Origin: Octopus vulgaris
Lineage: Eukaryota
DNA: 64,000 bases
Reading direction: 5' to 3'
NCBI GenBank assembly: GCA_951406725.2
Contig: OX597814.1
Location: forward strand, 142,972,001-143,036,000
In this document: one piece after another, positions 38,324 through 51,496 of the stretch
How the letters are laid out: every line of letters starts with the position of its first letter
Position numbering within the stretch: position 1 is the stretch's first letter
The notes under the pieces: generated by a model
The model's input: the letters and a program-made list of their open reading frames with translations, nothing else
Told to the model about the DNA's origin: nothing
Databases searched by the model: none
Made by a program: the position numbers and the translations under genes

Positions 38324-39404
38324 ACACAAAGGGACTAATAGGACAAGTCCCAGAATTTTGAAAACAAGCACTGAAGTCGATTTGTTCCACTCAAGCCTCG
38401 GAGGTAGTACTCCAGCATGGCTGCATTACGATGACCAAAACCAATAAAAGAATATATATGACAGCACGTCGTTACCATCGCCGTTTCACAGAACATAGAC
38501 ATAATAGAAAAACGCGTTTCTCGTTGATAAAATCTTCGATTGCATCACTTTTACTGGGGAATACTTTTGGTGAATTTCTACGGTTGTTTGATAACGCCTG
38601 TGTTACTTGGGAACCATACATATGAGCTGGTATTGAATCTGCTCAAAGCTAGATATTTTCCGTGTGCCAACACCACAGTCGGATTTCATGGAAAATGTTC
38701 TTAGTAACTAGCTACAGAGCTCTTTGAAGATTGACGACAATCAGAGAACATATTTTGAGAAACATGCTTCTCCAAACATAACTGTGTTCAAACCATGAAC
38801 GTGTTCAGGGTTTTGAAGTGTTCCCTGTCTGGAGCAATGTAAAAACCTTTCGTCAGAAACCATGAAATAACATAGATGGAACCGAAGAAACAGACTATTT
38901 ATTTGTGGACTGATGGCAACGACAGGAAGATGAAACAAAGGAACTACATGCGTCATGGGAAGTTGATAAAAGGCTGGTGCTACAAGAAGAGGGGAACCTA
39001 AAGACCAAATCATAGTGAAAAAAGAAATTGATAGCGTTTGGTAGTCAGAATCGATAATTTCATAATCATCTTTAACCTTAAATATGCTTTGCTGATTTCT
39101 GTAATTTAATTTGCCTTAATGACGTCTTTGATATTATAATATATTTTTTAGTCACGTAACATGTACGCTGCAGCTATTCCATAATTATGTTTGTAATTTA
39201 TTTAGTCGATAAATATGTACAACATGGTGACTCATTTAACTGACTAACACCACAAATAACAGTAGGTGTGTAATGTAATTTGGAAAGCTTTGGGGACCTT
39301 GTAATCTCATCTTCCATTTTGAGGTCTCTTTGATAAAATTTTACTACAAACGTTTCCGTGCAAAATATGAGGGTTGAACTTATACTCAAGTGAATAAGAT
39401 AGAG

Positions 39405-39451
<47 letters not shown>

Positions 39452-40271
39452 TGCGTATTCATACACATATAAAACATGTATTTATTGATTTCTTAAATTT
39501 TCATTGATAGTAGTTGTTACTACCTTGTGGTATTGATTTTCAAGGTCAATAAGCTCTGTGGCCAAGGACCCAAAAGTATAACGAGAAGAAAATACGAATC
39601 GCTAACTCTACAACAGATAGTCCGGCAGCCTATGAATTCGCTTACCTGCGCTATCATAATACATACGTACATGAAATTACACGCTGGGATCAGAATGTAT
39701 TCACACCTTTAAAATTAAGGAATATGGGTGGAATATTGCAACAAAACCAATAACTTGCTGTAAATACAAAACCTCGATATTCTTCCATGAGTCTTGGGAA
39801 AAATATTATACGCTGTTGTAGAAGGCCGGCTGCCCGGCGGATGTGAATGTCCCATCTTTACCCGGGGTAAAGGAAAACATATGTAGTGAACTGGTGACGA
39901 ACGTTCCGTTCTTCTATTCAAGATGTGAATTTTGATTTGGACATATAATTATAAGTGTATAAAAGCCTAGACGTACAGGGGTTCTCCAAGAAGTAACAAA
40001 ACAAACCGATTTGCATTCTTTGAATAACGTTGTAGTGAAAAATTTCAAAACATTCCAGAGAATTTCCTGGAATAAAGATATGCCCACAATCGCATGTGCA
40101 TGCGACATATGCATAACAGTAATGAAACACACGCACGTATACTAAAGTAACATCTACACCCATTATGAACAATAACATAGTCAGGGGTGAGCCTGCAGTG
40201 CAGTTCGCTCCCAGGGGACGCTTTTATGGGGGTAGCACTTTTGTGACTACTGTTTAAACCTGTTTGGAGGC

Positions 40272-40377
40272 CGGGGAAAGGAAAACTCAAAGACAATCCC
40301 GGATGGCACCCACTCTCGTTAGGCAACTAGCGAGGGTGGGTGCCACCCGGGCTAGTCTTTGAGTTTTCCTTTGCCTG
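40272..40377 (+). other. Long GC-rich hairpin capped by a GCAA tetraloop
   Basis: Arms of about 50 nt; loop at 40323-40326; lies between 24-bp direct repeats at 40060-40083 and 40377-40400. Confidence 0.85.
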
Positions 40378-40395
40378 AATTTCCTGGAATAAAGA

Positions 40396-40482
40396 TATGC
40401 AGATAGGTCTATGTATGAATAAACCTGCATTCATATACTGTATATGAAAGCAAGTTTTTTCATACATATACCTATCTGCATA
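40396..40482. repeat. Imperfect hairpin with ~42-bp arms
   Basis: TATGCAGATAGGT...TTCATATAC-T-GTATATGAA...ACCTATCTGCATA. Confidence 0.8.
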
Positions 40483-40983
40483 TATATGCAAACACTAAAT
40501 CACTCACATATTCACAAATACCAGAAACTGTTTTAATTATACAAAAGAGCTTTATCACATTGTTACTGATCAGTTTGAATTCTTTAAAGGAAAAACTTCA
40601 ATAAATCTCAAGTAAAATATATAGCTACATATAAAGACACATACCTTTGCAAGACATCAGAACAGACGCATATGCTCAAGCTCAGATATACATACATGCA
40701 TATTATTTGTTTATATACTAGTGCAAATAACCATATACTTCCCAAGAAATTCTTGTGTTTTGGTAGAGGTGTATCAGTGTCTGGAAATATATCCCAGGAG
40801 TAAGTCGAGATTTTAATCCTCATGCGAGTTTCGAATATCAGGCGAGAACCAACTTTATTCATTGGTGAATTCAGCTTTCGTCTTCCCGCAAAGTTGGTTA
40901 TGTGAAACCATGGTATGGATTAAAGATTCCAACCAAACACTACACAAACATGCGTAGACACACAGGCAAAAACACTCGACCCA

Positions 40984-41021
<38 letters not shown>

Positions 41022-41277
41022 TGGGTATATACTGTTTAAACCTGTTTGTATATACACATATGTATATATACACATATGTGTATATATATAAATAGATATA
41101 TACATACACATATATATGTGTATATAGATAAATATATATACATATATATACACACATGCGTATATATATGTATATACACATATGTATATATATATATATA
41201 AAATATATAAAATCGATATATACATACACACATATGTAGATATATATATACACATATATACATATATATATATATAC

Positions 41278-41350
<73 letters not shown>

Positions 41351-41390
41351 TAAGAAAGTTTGTTTGGTAAAGCACGTGGGTGAATATATA

Positions 41391-41725
41391 AGAAAATAGT
41401 AAAGTGTGAAAAAACGACAGAAGGCTTAAATGTTAAAAAATATATATATTTGTGTCAAAATGTCTGGAGAATATTGGAAAACTTTTTTCCTTTCCTTAAA
41501 ATGACATAATTTTAAAATTTTTAAAGAAAATACCGGTTTCGCGTGTAGCTTAAGAAATTTGAAAAGCTACACGCGAAACCGGTATTTTCTTTAAAAATTT
41601 TAAAATTATGTCATTTTAAGGAAAGGAAAAAAATTTTTCCAATATTCTCCAGACATTTTGACACAAATATATATATTTTTTAACATTTAAGCCTTCTGTC
41701 GTTTTTTCACACTTTACTATTTTCT
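41391..41725. repeat. 335-bp near-perfect palindrome centred on a hammerhead-like motif
   Basis: Arms 41391-41551 and 41564-41725 with a 12-nt spacer; I see one substitution and one indel. Confidence 0.95.
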
Positions 41726-41828
41726 GCATATACACACCCGCACTTATACAAGTACATGGTGCCCCCAAAATAGCTAACACTTTACAATTTAAAAGAAGAT
41801 AAGAAAAAAATTAAAATGTCTCATTATA

Positions 41829-41888
<60 letters not shown>

Positions 41889-42123
41889 AATTAAATGAAA
41901 TGAATAAAATAGTGTTCTAGTGAGGTTTGAATAATGTTTCGTAGTCCATGGTAGCCAGTTCAAGTATTTACGAAAATCAAATCATATATATATATCCTGC
42001 TACATATTGATAAAATATATATATATATAATATATATATACATTTATATATGTATATATACATACACACACACAAAAACACACACACACAAACACATACA
42101 TATATATATACTTTTGGTTTCAG

Positions 42124-42215
42124 AAGGCTACCATTTGTTTCATGCGGGAAATTTTCAGCAATTATCAAGCTTGATAATTGCTGAGAATTCTCGACAAGAA
42201 ACAAATGGTAACCTT
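42124..42215. mobile_element. Spacerless palindrome of the foldback hammerhead-like family
   Basis: Centred on AAGCTT (42167-42172); each arm reads TTGATAATTGCTGA..GAAACAAATGGTA.CCTT. Confidence 0.8.
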
Positions 42216-42280
42216 AATAACTTGTGGTAAAACTATATTTATTCATCAACGCGGTGTTGAGCATACTTTATTAGCTGGTA

Positions 42281-42312
<32 letters not shown>

Positions 42313-42547
42313 AGTGTTTGAGCCAAGAAGATAGTGTTCTAAGTGGTAGCAGTTACAATGCCATCATCGTCGTCATCATAATCATCATCAACACCAACAA
42401 CCAGACAGTTAATTCTTTCGTTAGTACGCCTAGCGGTATTTGTTCCGGCTTTCGTTGTTCAAAACCACCGAGATCAAATTTTATGCTTTCGAAGTCGATT
42501 AATAAAAGCAACAATACAACACCACAGCAGTGGATTGGCCGAATTCA

Positions 42548-43279
42548 CGAGGAGATGTTGGAAAGTTCCCGGCTTTAGATAAAAGAAAATACAGGAAGAT
42601 CAGTCAATTATGATTTTATTCAAAACTAGCAGTATCGCCCGGCGTTGCTCGGGTTTGTAAGGGAAATAACTATATAAGCATTTTTAGAGAATTACTTCCC
42701 TTATAGATGCCAATTCGGGCTTTCTTAGCCATTTCTGTTTTGGTGTCTTCAAGCCATGAAGTCGTTGTTCTAAAAGAACGCTGGTCTCCTTGACAACGCT
42801 TTACGACGTTGATTTCCTTACACTCCCTTCCCCACAGCTTCACGAGGGAGGGAAGAAGGGGAGAAGCAAACAGGTGCAGGTGTGACCATGGACGCCAACT
42901 CCGCCGCCATCGACACACGAAAAATTATGCATTAAAATGGAATAAAAAATGATGTTAAATTATTTTTAAAATCGTAGACTCATCGTAGACGCGCGCTAAT
43001 ACTCAGACGGGCTCGATATGAATCACGACTATAAGATACCCGAATTTGGTTAAACTGCACCGCAAAATGTGGGAGTAGTTAGGAATCTAAATCGAAGGGG
43101 ACAGACACTCACACAACTACAGTTTTATATATATAGATATTCCCCTCTCAAATTCACACACTTATTGCAGCTGTCTTTCAGTTTTTCTAAGCCCTGTAAA
43201 AAAGAACTACGAAGGTTGGGACTCTGACCAGGTCTTTTTCGATACCCTTAAAGCCAGGAACTTTTTGGCAACACCGTTG
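42548..43279. mobile_element. Mariner MITE split by a Helitron
   Basis: Halves at 42548-42625 and 43138-43279 rejoin to the intact MITE sequence. Confidence 0.85.
42626..43137 (-). mobile_element. Non-autonomous Helitron (512 bp)
   Basis: Minus strand TC...CCCGAGCAACGCCGGG..CTAG, inserted between A and T with no TSD. Confidence 0.92.
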
Positions 43280-43584
43280 TAAGAACGTTGGCACGGATAC
43301 ATAGCGATATTTTTTCTGGTTTTTAGCACTCTGAGTTCAAATCTCGTCATGGCCTACTTGGTTGGTTGACTTAATCTGTCACTGGGTGCAACACCATTTC
43401 CTCTCCCCTTGGGTGTCTTTAGCGGAGACCACTCTGTTGCAACTATTCGAGTAAGGTTTCTGGTTTTAAGTTAGACAGTTCCTTACTTTTGCTTCCCTCC
43501 TTGCTAGAAAATAGCACTGCTTGGTATCGCACACCCTACGTTAAGCAGTACCAATACAGTAAAAATTGACAGCACCCAAACAAA

Positions 43585-44170
43585 CCACAGCACATACCCA
43601 AGACACAGGGAGTAGTGCAAATTGGTGCAATAAAAGCAAATGATAAAAGTAGCTGTCATGGCTTCTGATCTTAACTGATTGGAAGTGTTATCATGTACAT
43701 TGTTTTTTCTTGTTATGAAAGATGGACTACAGCAAATATTCTGCTCAATACCACAGATTTGCTTGTCAGTTGTTTGAATTTAACCAGTTGAGCATGGCCT
43801 TTGGTGGCTGACGATATGTGCATCTCTGATCACGAGTAGAACTAATAGGGGAGCATCATAGCCATGTGTTGAGAGAAATTCTTTGGAGTTTGAATAATTC
43901 ACCTCTGGAAACATGAGTGCTTCGTTTAACATCTTTACACAACCCTTATTCAAGGACCATTTGAGCGGGATTGGCTACACGACCCGCAGAAAATTCTAAC
44001 TGGGCGTCACGTGCAAGGTCATTACCATGACGCGCACATATGGTTGTGATGTCTGTGTCTGTTGTTCTATTATCAGACGAGTAGTCAGGATGGGTATACT
44101 GGGCTTCCTATATTTTACCCCAGTGTCACTTTGATGGCATGCGCTGCTCTCAAAAGATGATAATAATAAT
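43585..44170 (+). mobile_element. Probable non-LTR retrotransposon 3' UTR ending in (TAA)n
   Basis: Complex non-coding block ending in GATAATAATAAT; resembles an abundant octopus repeat as I recall it; class not proven here. Confidence 0.4.
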
Positions 44171-44509
44171 AGTGCATAAACGAGAAAACAACACCAGTAA
44201 TAATTGGAGCGTTGGGCATGATAAAAAAACATATGAACAAGGACAAAAGACAAACTCGACCTCGTCGGAATCTCACCTCAGAATTTAAAGGTCGACTTTG
44301 TCACTCATCCTTCTCGGGTCCATAAAAAAAGTTCCAGTTAAGCACTGGAAGTCGATGTAATAGACTTACTCTCTCCCTCCGAAATTACTGGCCTAGCGCC
44401 AAAATTTGAAACCAACATATCTATCTGTTTGCATGTATGTATGCATATGGATACGCATGCATCTCTGTCTCTCTCTCTCTGTCTCTCTCTTTCTCTATCT
44501 GCATGTACG

Positions 44510-44711
44510 CGAAGGGGTGCTAAAAATTCCTGGCTTTAAGGGTATCGTGAAAGCCCAACCTTCCGAGTTCTTTTACAGTACTTAGAAAAACTGAAGGACT
44601 GCTGCAATAAGAGTGTGAATCTGAAAGGGGAATATGTTCAATAAAATCATAATTAACTGATCCTCCTGTATTTTGTTTTACCCAAAGCCAGGAACTTTTC
44701 AGTATCCCTCG
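44510..44711. mobile_element. Mariner-derived MITE
   Basis: Both TIRs; reverse orientation relative to 9147-9368. Confidence 0.85.
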
Positions 44712-44729
44712 TATGTATATATATATATA

Positions 44730-45138
44730 CTAGCAGCATAGCCCGGCGTTGCCCGGGTATGTAAGAGCCCCTAGTAGGCAACGACTAATCCCAATCTAGT
44801 TCTTTCCTTCTAGGGAACGAAGACGCATGTGTAGGTTGCAAACGTCTTCTCTTCACTCGAACACTTCTACGTATACGATGTTCCTAGCTGTCTCCCGACA
44901 GAAAATGTGTTGCATATAAAAAGCTTAGATTCTCGACCCCATGTCGAATTTATCGATTCTTTTCAAAACTGGGGGAACTTTTCAAAATTTTCGCTGCGTT
45001 AGTTTGGAATTATGACATTGGGCTATGTGTGTGTCAAGTTTCATCAGAATCGGTTGAAAGCTGTGGTCAGGGTGAGGGTACAACCTGACAGACACACAGA
45101 CACACAGACAGACAAACTGCCGTTTATATATAGAGAGA
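44730..45138 (-). mobile_element. Non-autonomous Helitron
   Basis: A|CTAGCAGCATAGCCCGGCGTTGCCCGGG ... ACAGACAAACTGCCGTTTATATATAGAGAGA|T. Confidence 0.85.
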
Positions 45139-45301
45139 TATATATATTCAAAGAGCAAGACCACTAGGTAGTCGGCCGTATGCTAGACATAGATCATCTA
45201 CGATCAAACTACAAAGAAAAGAATGTGCTCTATGCTAGGCTACTGGTTTGTTTTAAATTGATATTAATTAAATTAATATTAAATTTATCTCCCTCATTGT
45301 T

Positions 45302-45367
<66 letters not shown>

Positions 45368-45370
<3 letters not shown>

Positions 45371-45652
45371 TTTTACTTGCTTCAGCCATTTGACTGCGGC
45401 CATGCTGGAGCACCGTCTTGAAAGTTTTGTTTGCAATTAAATGAATGGAACCGTTTGACTATGGGAACGTAAACACACCAACACGTGCTGTGAGGTAGCG
45501 ACAGGCTTCTGCCAGTTTCCGTCTCCCAAATTCACTCACAAAACTTTGCTCTGTCTGAGGCTAAAGTAGAAGACTCTTGCCAAAGGTGCCACTCAGTGGT
45601 ACTGAACCCAGAACCTGGCTGGGAAACAAGCTTCTTACCAAGCTACGCCTGC
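45368..45652 (-). mobile_element. SINE family A, internally deleted
   Basis: Head and tail homology. Confidence 0.75.
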
Positions 45653-45660
45653 AACTATAC

Positions 45661-45771
<111 letters not shown>

Positions 45772-46327
45772 CATACATGCATGCATACATACATGCATAC
45801 ATACATACATAATACATTCATACATACATACACACATACATACATACATACATACATACATACATACATACATACATACATACATACATACAATCGCGCC
45901 CCAAATAATTCAGTACGGCTGCACTTTGTGTTACCGCCTAACACGAAAGACGAGAGTCATGGAAGCCTGGTGAGAGGTGACAAGAACGATGGAGGCAGGG
46001 AGTCTGATTTCTCTCTCGAAATAGGTGAGAAATGAAATATTCCACATCAATATTGAAGGGATTATGTGTCCTTGCATCGTTGGTGACGGCAGAAGAGATT
46101 GCAGCAGCTGCAATTTTTTTTACTGCTGTTGCAAATGCGTTGATATGCACAGCAAGCAGAACAGCATATGTAACAACTAGGGAGCACTTTAACTGGTCGT
46201 TCAACCTGCTAGAAGTAACAGCTAAATCTCTTTATACTTATTTCCTTGTACCTTCTTGTATTCCTCTACTCTCTTAAAATAAACAGTAAGACATTGGATC
46301 ATGTAGACTTCCTTTATCTTGCATATT

Positions 46328-46735
46328 TTCTTGTTCCAGTCAGTGAACTGCGGCCACGCTGGAGCATTGCCGTAAAGGGTTTAGTCGAACAAATCGCTCG
46401 CATTACTCGTTTTCTTTTAAAGTTTCGTACTTATTTTATCGGCCTTTTTGCTGAACCACAAGGGTATAGGGACGTGAAGAAACCAACACCGGTTTCAAGC
46501 AGTGGTGCGGGGCAACAAACACAAGCTCAAAGACACACACACACATATATATATGTGTGTATGTGTGTGTGTGCGTGCGCTTGTATGTATGCATAAGGCA
46601 GGCTTCCACATAGTTTCCGTCCAAAATATTTACTCATGTATCATTGAGGTTATAGCATAAGACAATAGCCCGAAGTGTAGTGGAGTGGAACTGAACCCGA
46701 AACTACATGGTTGCAAAGTGACATTCTTATTCACA
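46328..46735 (-). mobile_element. SINE family A, diverged
   Basis: Head and tail homology. Confidence 0.75.
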
Positions 46736-46739
46736 CTGT

Positions 46740-46884
46740 TGACGTTTGTTCCTTCTCGAGCCATGCCCTCATAAGGGCCGGTTTCCCGGTTTCCTTGGCG
46801 TATAGGTTCCCTACCTGGACGGGACGCCGGTCCGTCGCAGGTGAGCTGCTAGATGTAGGAGGAAAGAGTGAGAGGAAGTTGTGG
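46740..46884 (-). mobile_element. SINE family C 3' portion
   Basis: CCTGCGACGGACCGGCGTCCCGTCCAGG on the minus strand, shared with family C2. Confidence 0.7.
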
Positions 46885-47138
46885 TAATGTAGACCCAGAT
46901 GCACTATGTTGGAAAATAAGACAGAATAATCATGACTGGAACGCCTTTTGTCAGAGGAATTGAACAATGTGAACAACATCACCAGCACCCCTGTCTCTGA
47001 CTCCAACTGTCGTAATAGAAGTTTTCATACGCAAGTTTCGGACATGTTCAGTAATATTTCTTTCCAATTTTAGCACAAGACCAGCTATTTAGAGGGGAGG
47101 GGAAATCGATTGCATTGATACAAGGACATGATTAGGTC

Positions 47139-47390
47139 GAGGCACGTGGCTTAGTGGTTAAGGTGTTGGACTCATAATCGTAAGATTGCAGTTTCGATTC
47201 CTGGACTGAGCGACGAGTTGTGTTCTTGAGCAAAACATTTCATTTCACGTTGCTCCAGTCCACTCTGCTGGTAAACATGAGCAACCCCGTGAAGGATCGA
47301 GGTCCCGTTCAAGGAAGAAATACATGCGCCACGGAAACTGAGAAACCGGTCTTATCAGTTTATATGACTCAAGAAGGCTCTTTCCCCTTT
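47139..47390 (+). mobile_element. SINE family C2 nested in an old minus-strand SINE B (~47060-47535)
   Basis: A box TGGCTTAGTGG and B box GTTTCGATTCC; SINE B halves on either side. Confidence 0.8.
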
Positions 47391-47771
47391 ATCCTAGTAC
47401 TTAAACAGTACTTATGTTATCGACCTCCGAAAGGACGAAAGGTAAAGTTGACCTCGGCCGCATTTGAACTCAAAACATAAAGAATCACTAAATATTTTAT
47501 TCGGTGCAGTAACGATTCTGCCAGCTCGTCGCCGTTATATTCAGCAATAATAAACATCTTTCAGCTTTCAGATCAATATTGATCTGAAAAGAAATATTTT
47601 TGGTTCTTTTCTCATTCAACTTCCTTCTGACTTGTTTCGTTTCATATTGAGTCTGCGAAGCTTTACATTATTCTCTCACTTTATTATATTTTTAATTACA
47701 TTTCATAATAATGTATTTGATATTCATTGCCTTTTTGGTTGATCCGTTATTGCTATATAAAGCGACGACAA

Positions 47772-48187
47772 GGTGGCGAGCTGGCAGAAACGTTAGCACG
47801 CCGGGCGAAATGCTTTGCGGTATTTCGTCTGCCGTTACGTTGTGAGTTCAAATTCCGCCGAGGTCGACTTTACCTTTCATCCTTTCGCGGTCGATAAATT
47901 AAGCACCAGTTACGCACTGGGGTCGATGTAATCGACTTAATCCCTTTGTCTGTCCTTGTTTGTCCCATCTATGTTTAGCCCCTTGTGGGTAATAAAGAAA
48001 TAAGTATTTCGTCTGTCGTTACGTTCTGAATTCAAATTCCGCCGAGGTCGACTTTGCCTTTCATCCTTTCAGGGTCGATAAATAAAGTACCAGTTACGTA
48101 CTGGGGTCGATGTAACCGACTCAATCCTTTTATCTGTCATATCTTTGTCCCTTCTATGTTTAGCCCATTGTGGATAATAAAGAAATA
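47772..48187 (+). mobile_element. SINE family B dimer
   Basis: Full monomer, then a second unit starting AGTATTTCGTCTG near 48003; flanked by an imperfect TATATAAAG.GAC repeat. Confidence 0.9.
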
Positions 48188-48446
48188 TATATAAAGTGAC
48201 AATTTGGTTAAGTGGTTAGACCGTCGGAAAGATTGCTTTATGGAATTCGTTTTAGATTTCTGTGATCAAATCTCACCAATGTCAGCTTTACTTTTTAGCC
48301 TTGCAGAATCGATAAATAATGTACCAGACCTGTAAAACATTCGATTCTTTTTCTTTCTTCCTTTCAGTCTTTCTTTACATGGATTCCACCGGCTCCAAAA
48401 ATACCAAAGACACGTCGAGTATCGCGACGAAACTCAACTCGAATAA

Positions 48447-48678
48447 GGCAGCGAGCTGGTAGAAACGTTAGCACGCCGGGCGAGATGCTTAGGTGTATTT
48501 CGTCTGTCTTAGCGTTTTGAGTTCAAATTCCGCCGATGTCGACTTTGCATTTCATCCTTTCGGGGTCGATAAATTAAGTACCAGTTACGCACTGGGGTCG
48601 ATGTAATCGACTTAATCCGTTTGTCTGTCCTTGTTTGTCCTCTCTCTGTTTAGCCCCTTGTAGGCAATAAAGAAATAA
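48447..48678 (+). mobile_element. SINE family B with 15-bp TSD
   Basis: TSD GAAACTCAACTCGAA at 48429-48443 and 48679-48693. Confidence 0.92.
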
Positions 48679-49872
48679 GAAACTCAACTCGAACTTCGTC
48701 AGAGGCTAAGGACCCAAAACAAGACACGATAGTTATCCTTAGCGGTAATGTTTTCAGTTCATATATGCTCATGGTTTCCTTCATTTACTCTCGTTTTTCT
48801 GCATATTTCTTGAAATAATTTTCAAAATTTTCTATTTCGTAAGCAGTTTTATTTTATAAATTTCATAATAATTTGTGTGAGGCCCCGCCTTCCGAAGATG
48901 AAGCCCCTCTTTCCTTAAATGCATAGTAAATACAGCATGTTTAGCTTAAACTTAAAATGATATCTTATATATCCTGTCATACGTGGCCTTGTTTTCCTGC
49001 CAATGTTTCTTAGCTAACTTAATTTTAAATTCATCACATTTAAACTGTATCTAATTACTAAGATAACATCTAATGTATTATTAATTATCAGTTTACTTAC
49101 GTTTTTTTAAACATTTGCATTTAGTCTGGTTTCCGACATTATTATGAGTCATTTATGATATATCGGTTTTTCATCTTTCTTCTCTCTATATTACCTACTT
49201 CATTTTTTCATAAGTATCCTTAGTACATTAATTTATAATCTTGATGTCTCTGTTTTCGTGCTTTTTCTTTAAGCCAGGTGACTTTGGTACATTTCTCAAG
49301 TTCTGTGTTTACGCAAATGGTTTCACTGAATTGTTAAGCTGTTCTGTATCAGGCTTCCAGTTGGCCCGTCGTTGTTTGCATTGAGACATCATAGATGTGT
49401 TATATTCGATGAACTTTCAAAGTAGAAAGAACATCAGTTGTAACAACTAGGAAGTCCGTTAACAGGTCGTTCAACCTGCTAGAAATAACAGCTAAATGTC
49501 CTTGTATTCATTTCGTTGTACGTATTCCCCTACCGTCTTAAAATAAGCAATAATAGATTGGATCATGAATACTTCATCATACATCTTTTACGTGTTCCAG
49601 TCTTCCCAATTTCACTCGTATGGCGCTTGGATAAATCTGAGAATATAGTGGAAGATACTTATCTATTGTAAATGTGGTTGTAAGTAGTCTGGTGTGTTGA
49701 TCTGTTAGAAATGCTAGTACGAGATAATAAAGGTGCGGGGACAACGATTAAGCGTGAAAACTTCTTCATATTATAGAGACTTAGCTTCTGTTTGTATTCT
49801 CTTTACTCTTTGTATTCTCTTTACTATTATTACATAGCTATACACTTTTCTTGGCGTTCGTGACATAACGTA

Positions 49873-50070
49873 GAGGAGCGTGGCATAGTGTTTAGGCTGG
49901 TGGATTCACGATCGTAATTGAGCAAAACACTTTATTTCACGTTGCTCCAGTTCCCTCAGCTGGCAAAAATGAGTAATCCTACGACGGACTGGCGTCCCGT
50001 CCAGGAGGAGAATTTATACGTCATGGAAACCGGCCCTTATGAGCCTATTTTAACACGAGAAGGAACATCA
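49873..50070 (+). mobile_element. SINE family C2
   Basis: Homologous to 47139-47390, with an internal deletion. Confidence 0.75.
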
Positions 50071-50522
50071 CTTTCTTTTTTTTTTTTACTTACTGACATA
50101 ACTGCTTAAAATTGCTGCCGTTGCATTTCTTTTTTAATGGCTACAATATCTAAGTCACTAGGGGTCTTACAAGATATAGCTTCCAATCTCTAAGATACTT
50201 GGGTCTACAACAAGTCAATTAATTCTATGTTTAATTTGTTGTTGTTCTGTTGTATTTTGTTAATGCAAAGTTTTGATCCTAACATTCGTATGTTTCCCTG
50301 GGTAAGATTTTTTATGTTTTTCCTGGTATTTGAAGATGAGGTCAGAGAGTATATGTGTCAATGCTTTGTTATTAAAACAGCTGATCGGCCTACAGTTGTT
50401 GCTGACAGACAGCTGATCGGCTTATAGTTGTTGTGTAACGCAAGGTCAGCCTTGAGCGAGCAGACAGATGTGTTGCTTAAAGAACATCATGTTAATCGGT
50501 CTATAGTTTTTGAGTCAGTGGT

Positions 50523-50564
<42 letters not shown>

Positions 50565-50716
50565 GAAAGTAATCGTGTGTTGTAATAGCCAGTCCGATGT
50601 TGTTCATAGTCAACCTAGCAGGCTATCAACAGCCTTTACAAGGGTCTTTTGTGCACATAAAAGATATTTCAGCCAAACGTTTGACTTGCTGTCTGTCCAT
50701 TACATGCATTTTTTCA

Positions 50717-50799
<83 letters not shown>

Positions 50800-51496
50800 C
50801 ATTATTATTATTTTCTGTAACTTTCTCATTTGATATATCTCACCAGGCTGGCTTTTGTCGAAGTCTCCTTTGTAATTCATTCTGCCCCTTTGTTGTGACT
50901 GACAGCTTTCTCATACGTCTATCCAATATTTTCTCTATTTCTAGATTCGTAAGTGATACTTTCTCTGACTTACTTAATCTTCTATATAATGCACTGAGTT
51001 TCTCTAAAATGTTTTGTATTTAAAGAAACATTCTCTTATTTCTCTTTTTTTTCCTCTTTCTAAATATATATATATATTTAAACATTCGAGTTCTCTAAAT
51101 ATCATTCTAGGTTTCTTTATTTTAGTTTTCGAGTTTTCTGACGAATTTCTTTTCTTTCTCTCTACCTCTCTTTACATTTTTCTTTTATTATATTGCTGTT
51201 ATAGCTTGGTGAGAGAAGTGTTCACTTATCCACCCATTATTCTTTACTACTATCACAGAAACTGACTGGGTAACTGAGCCGATTCATTGTTTCAATGATA
51301 GTTATATCACTTACTCATTCTGAAATTTCCCCAAGCCCCGTAATACCCATTGTTAATGTTTCTTGATGCTTCAAATACGACGCTCTTATGGGAAGGAAAC
51401 AACAAAATTGAGAGCTTTAAGGATCCTTTTGAAACTGCACGACGGATTCGTGGTGACGTCGGCCCGTCGAATAAAATACCTGGCGGTATTTATTTC

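Noticed and set aside
38470-39010. Possible decayed mariner transposase on the minus strand
   Set aside because: Only vague motif echoes (VSDERF, KRRW); too weak to call.
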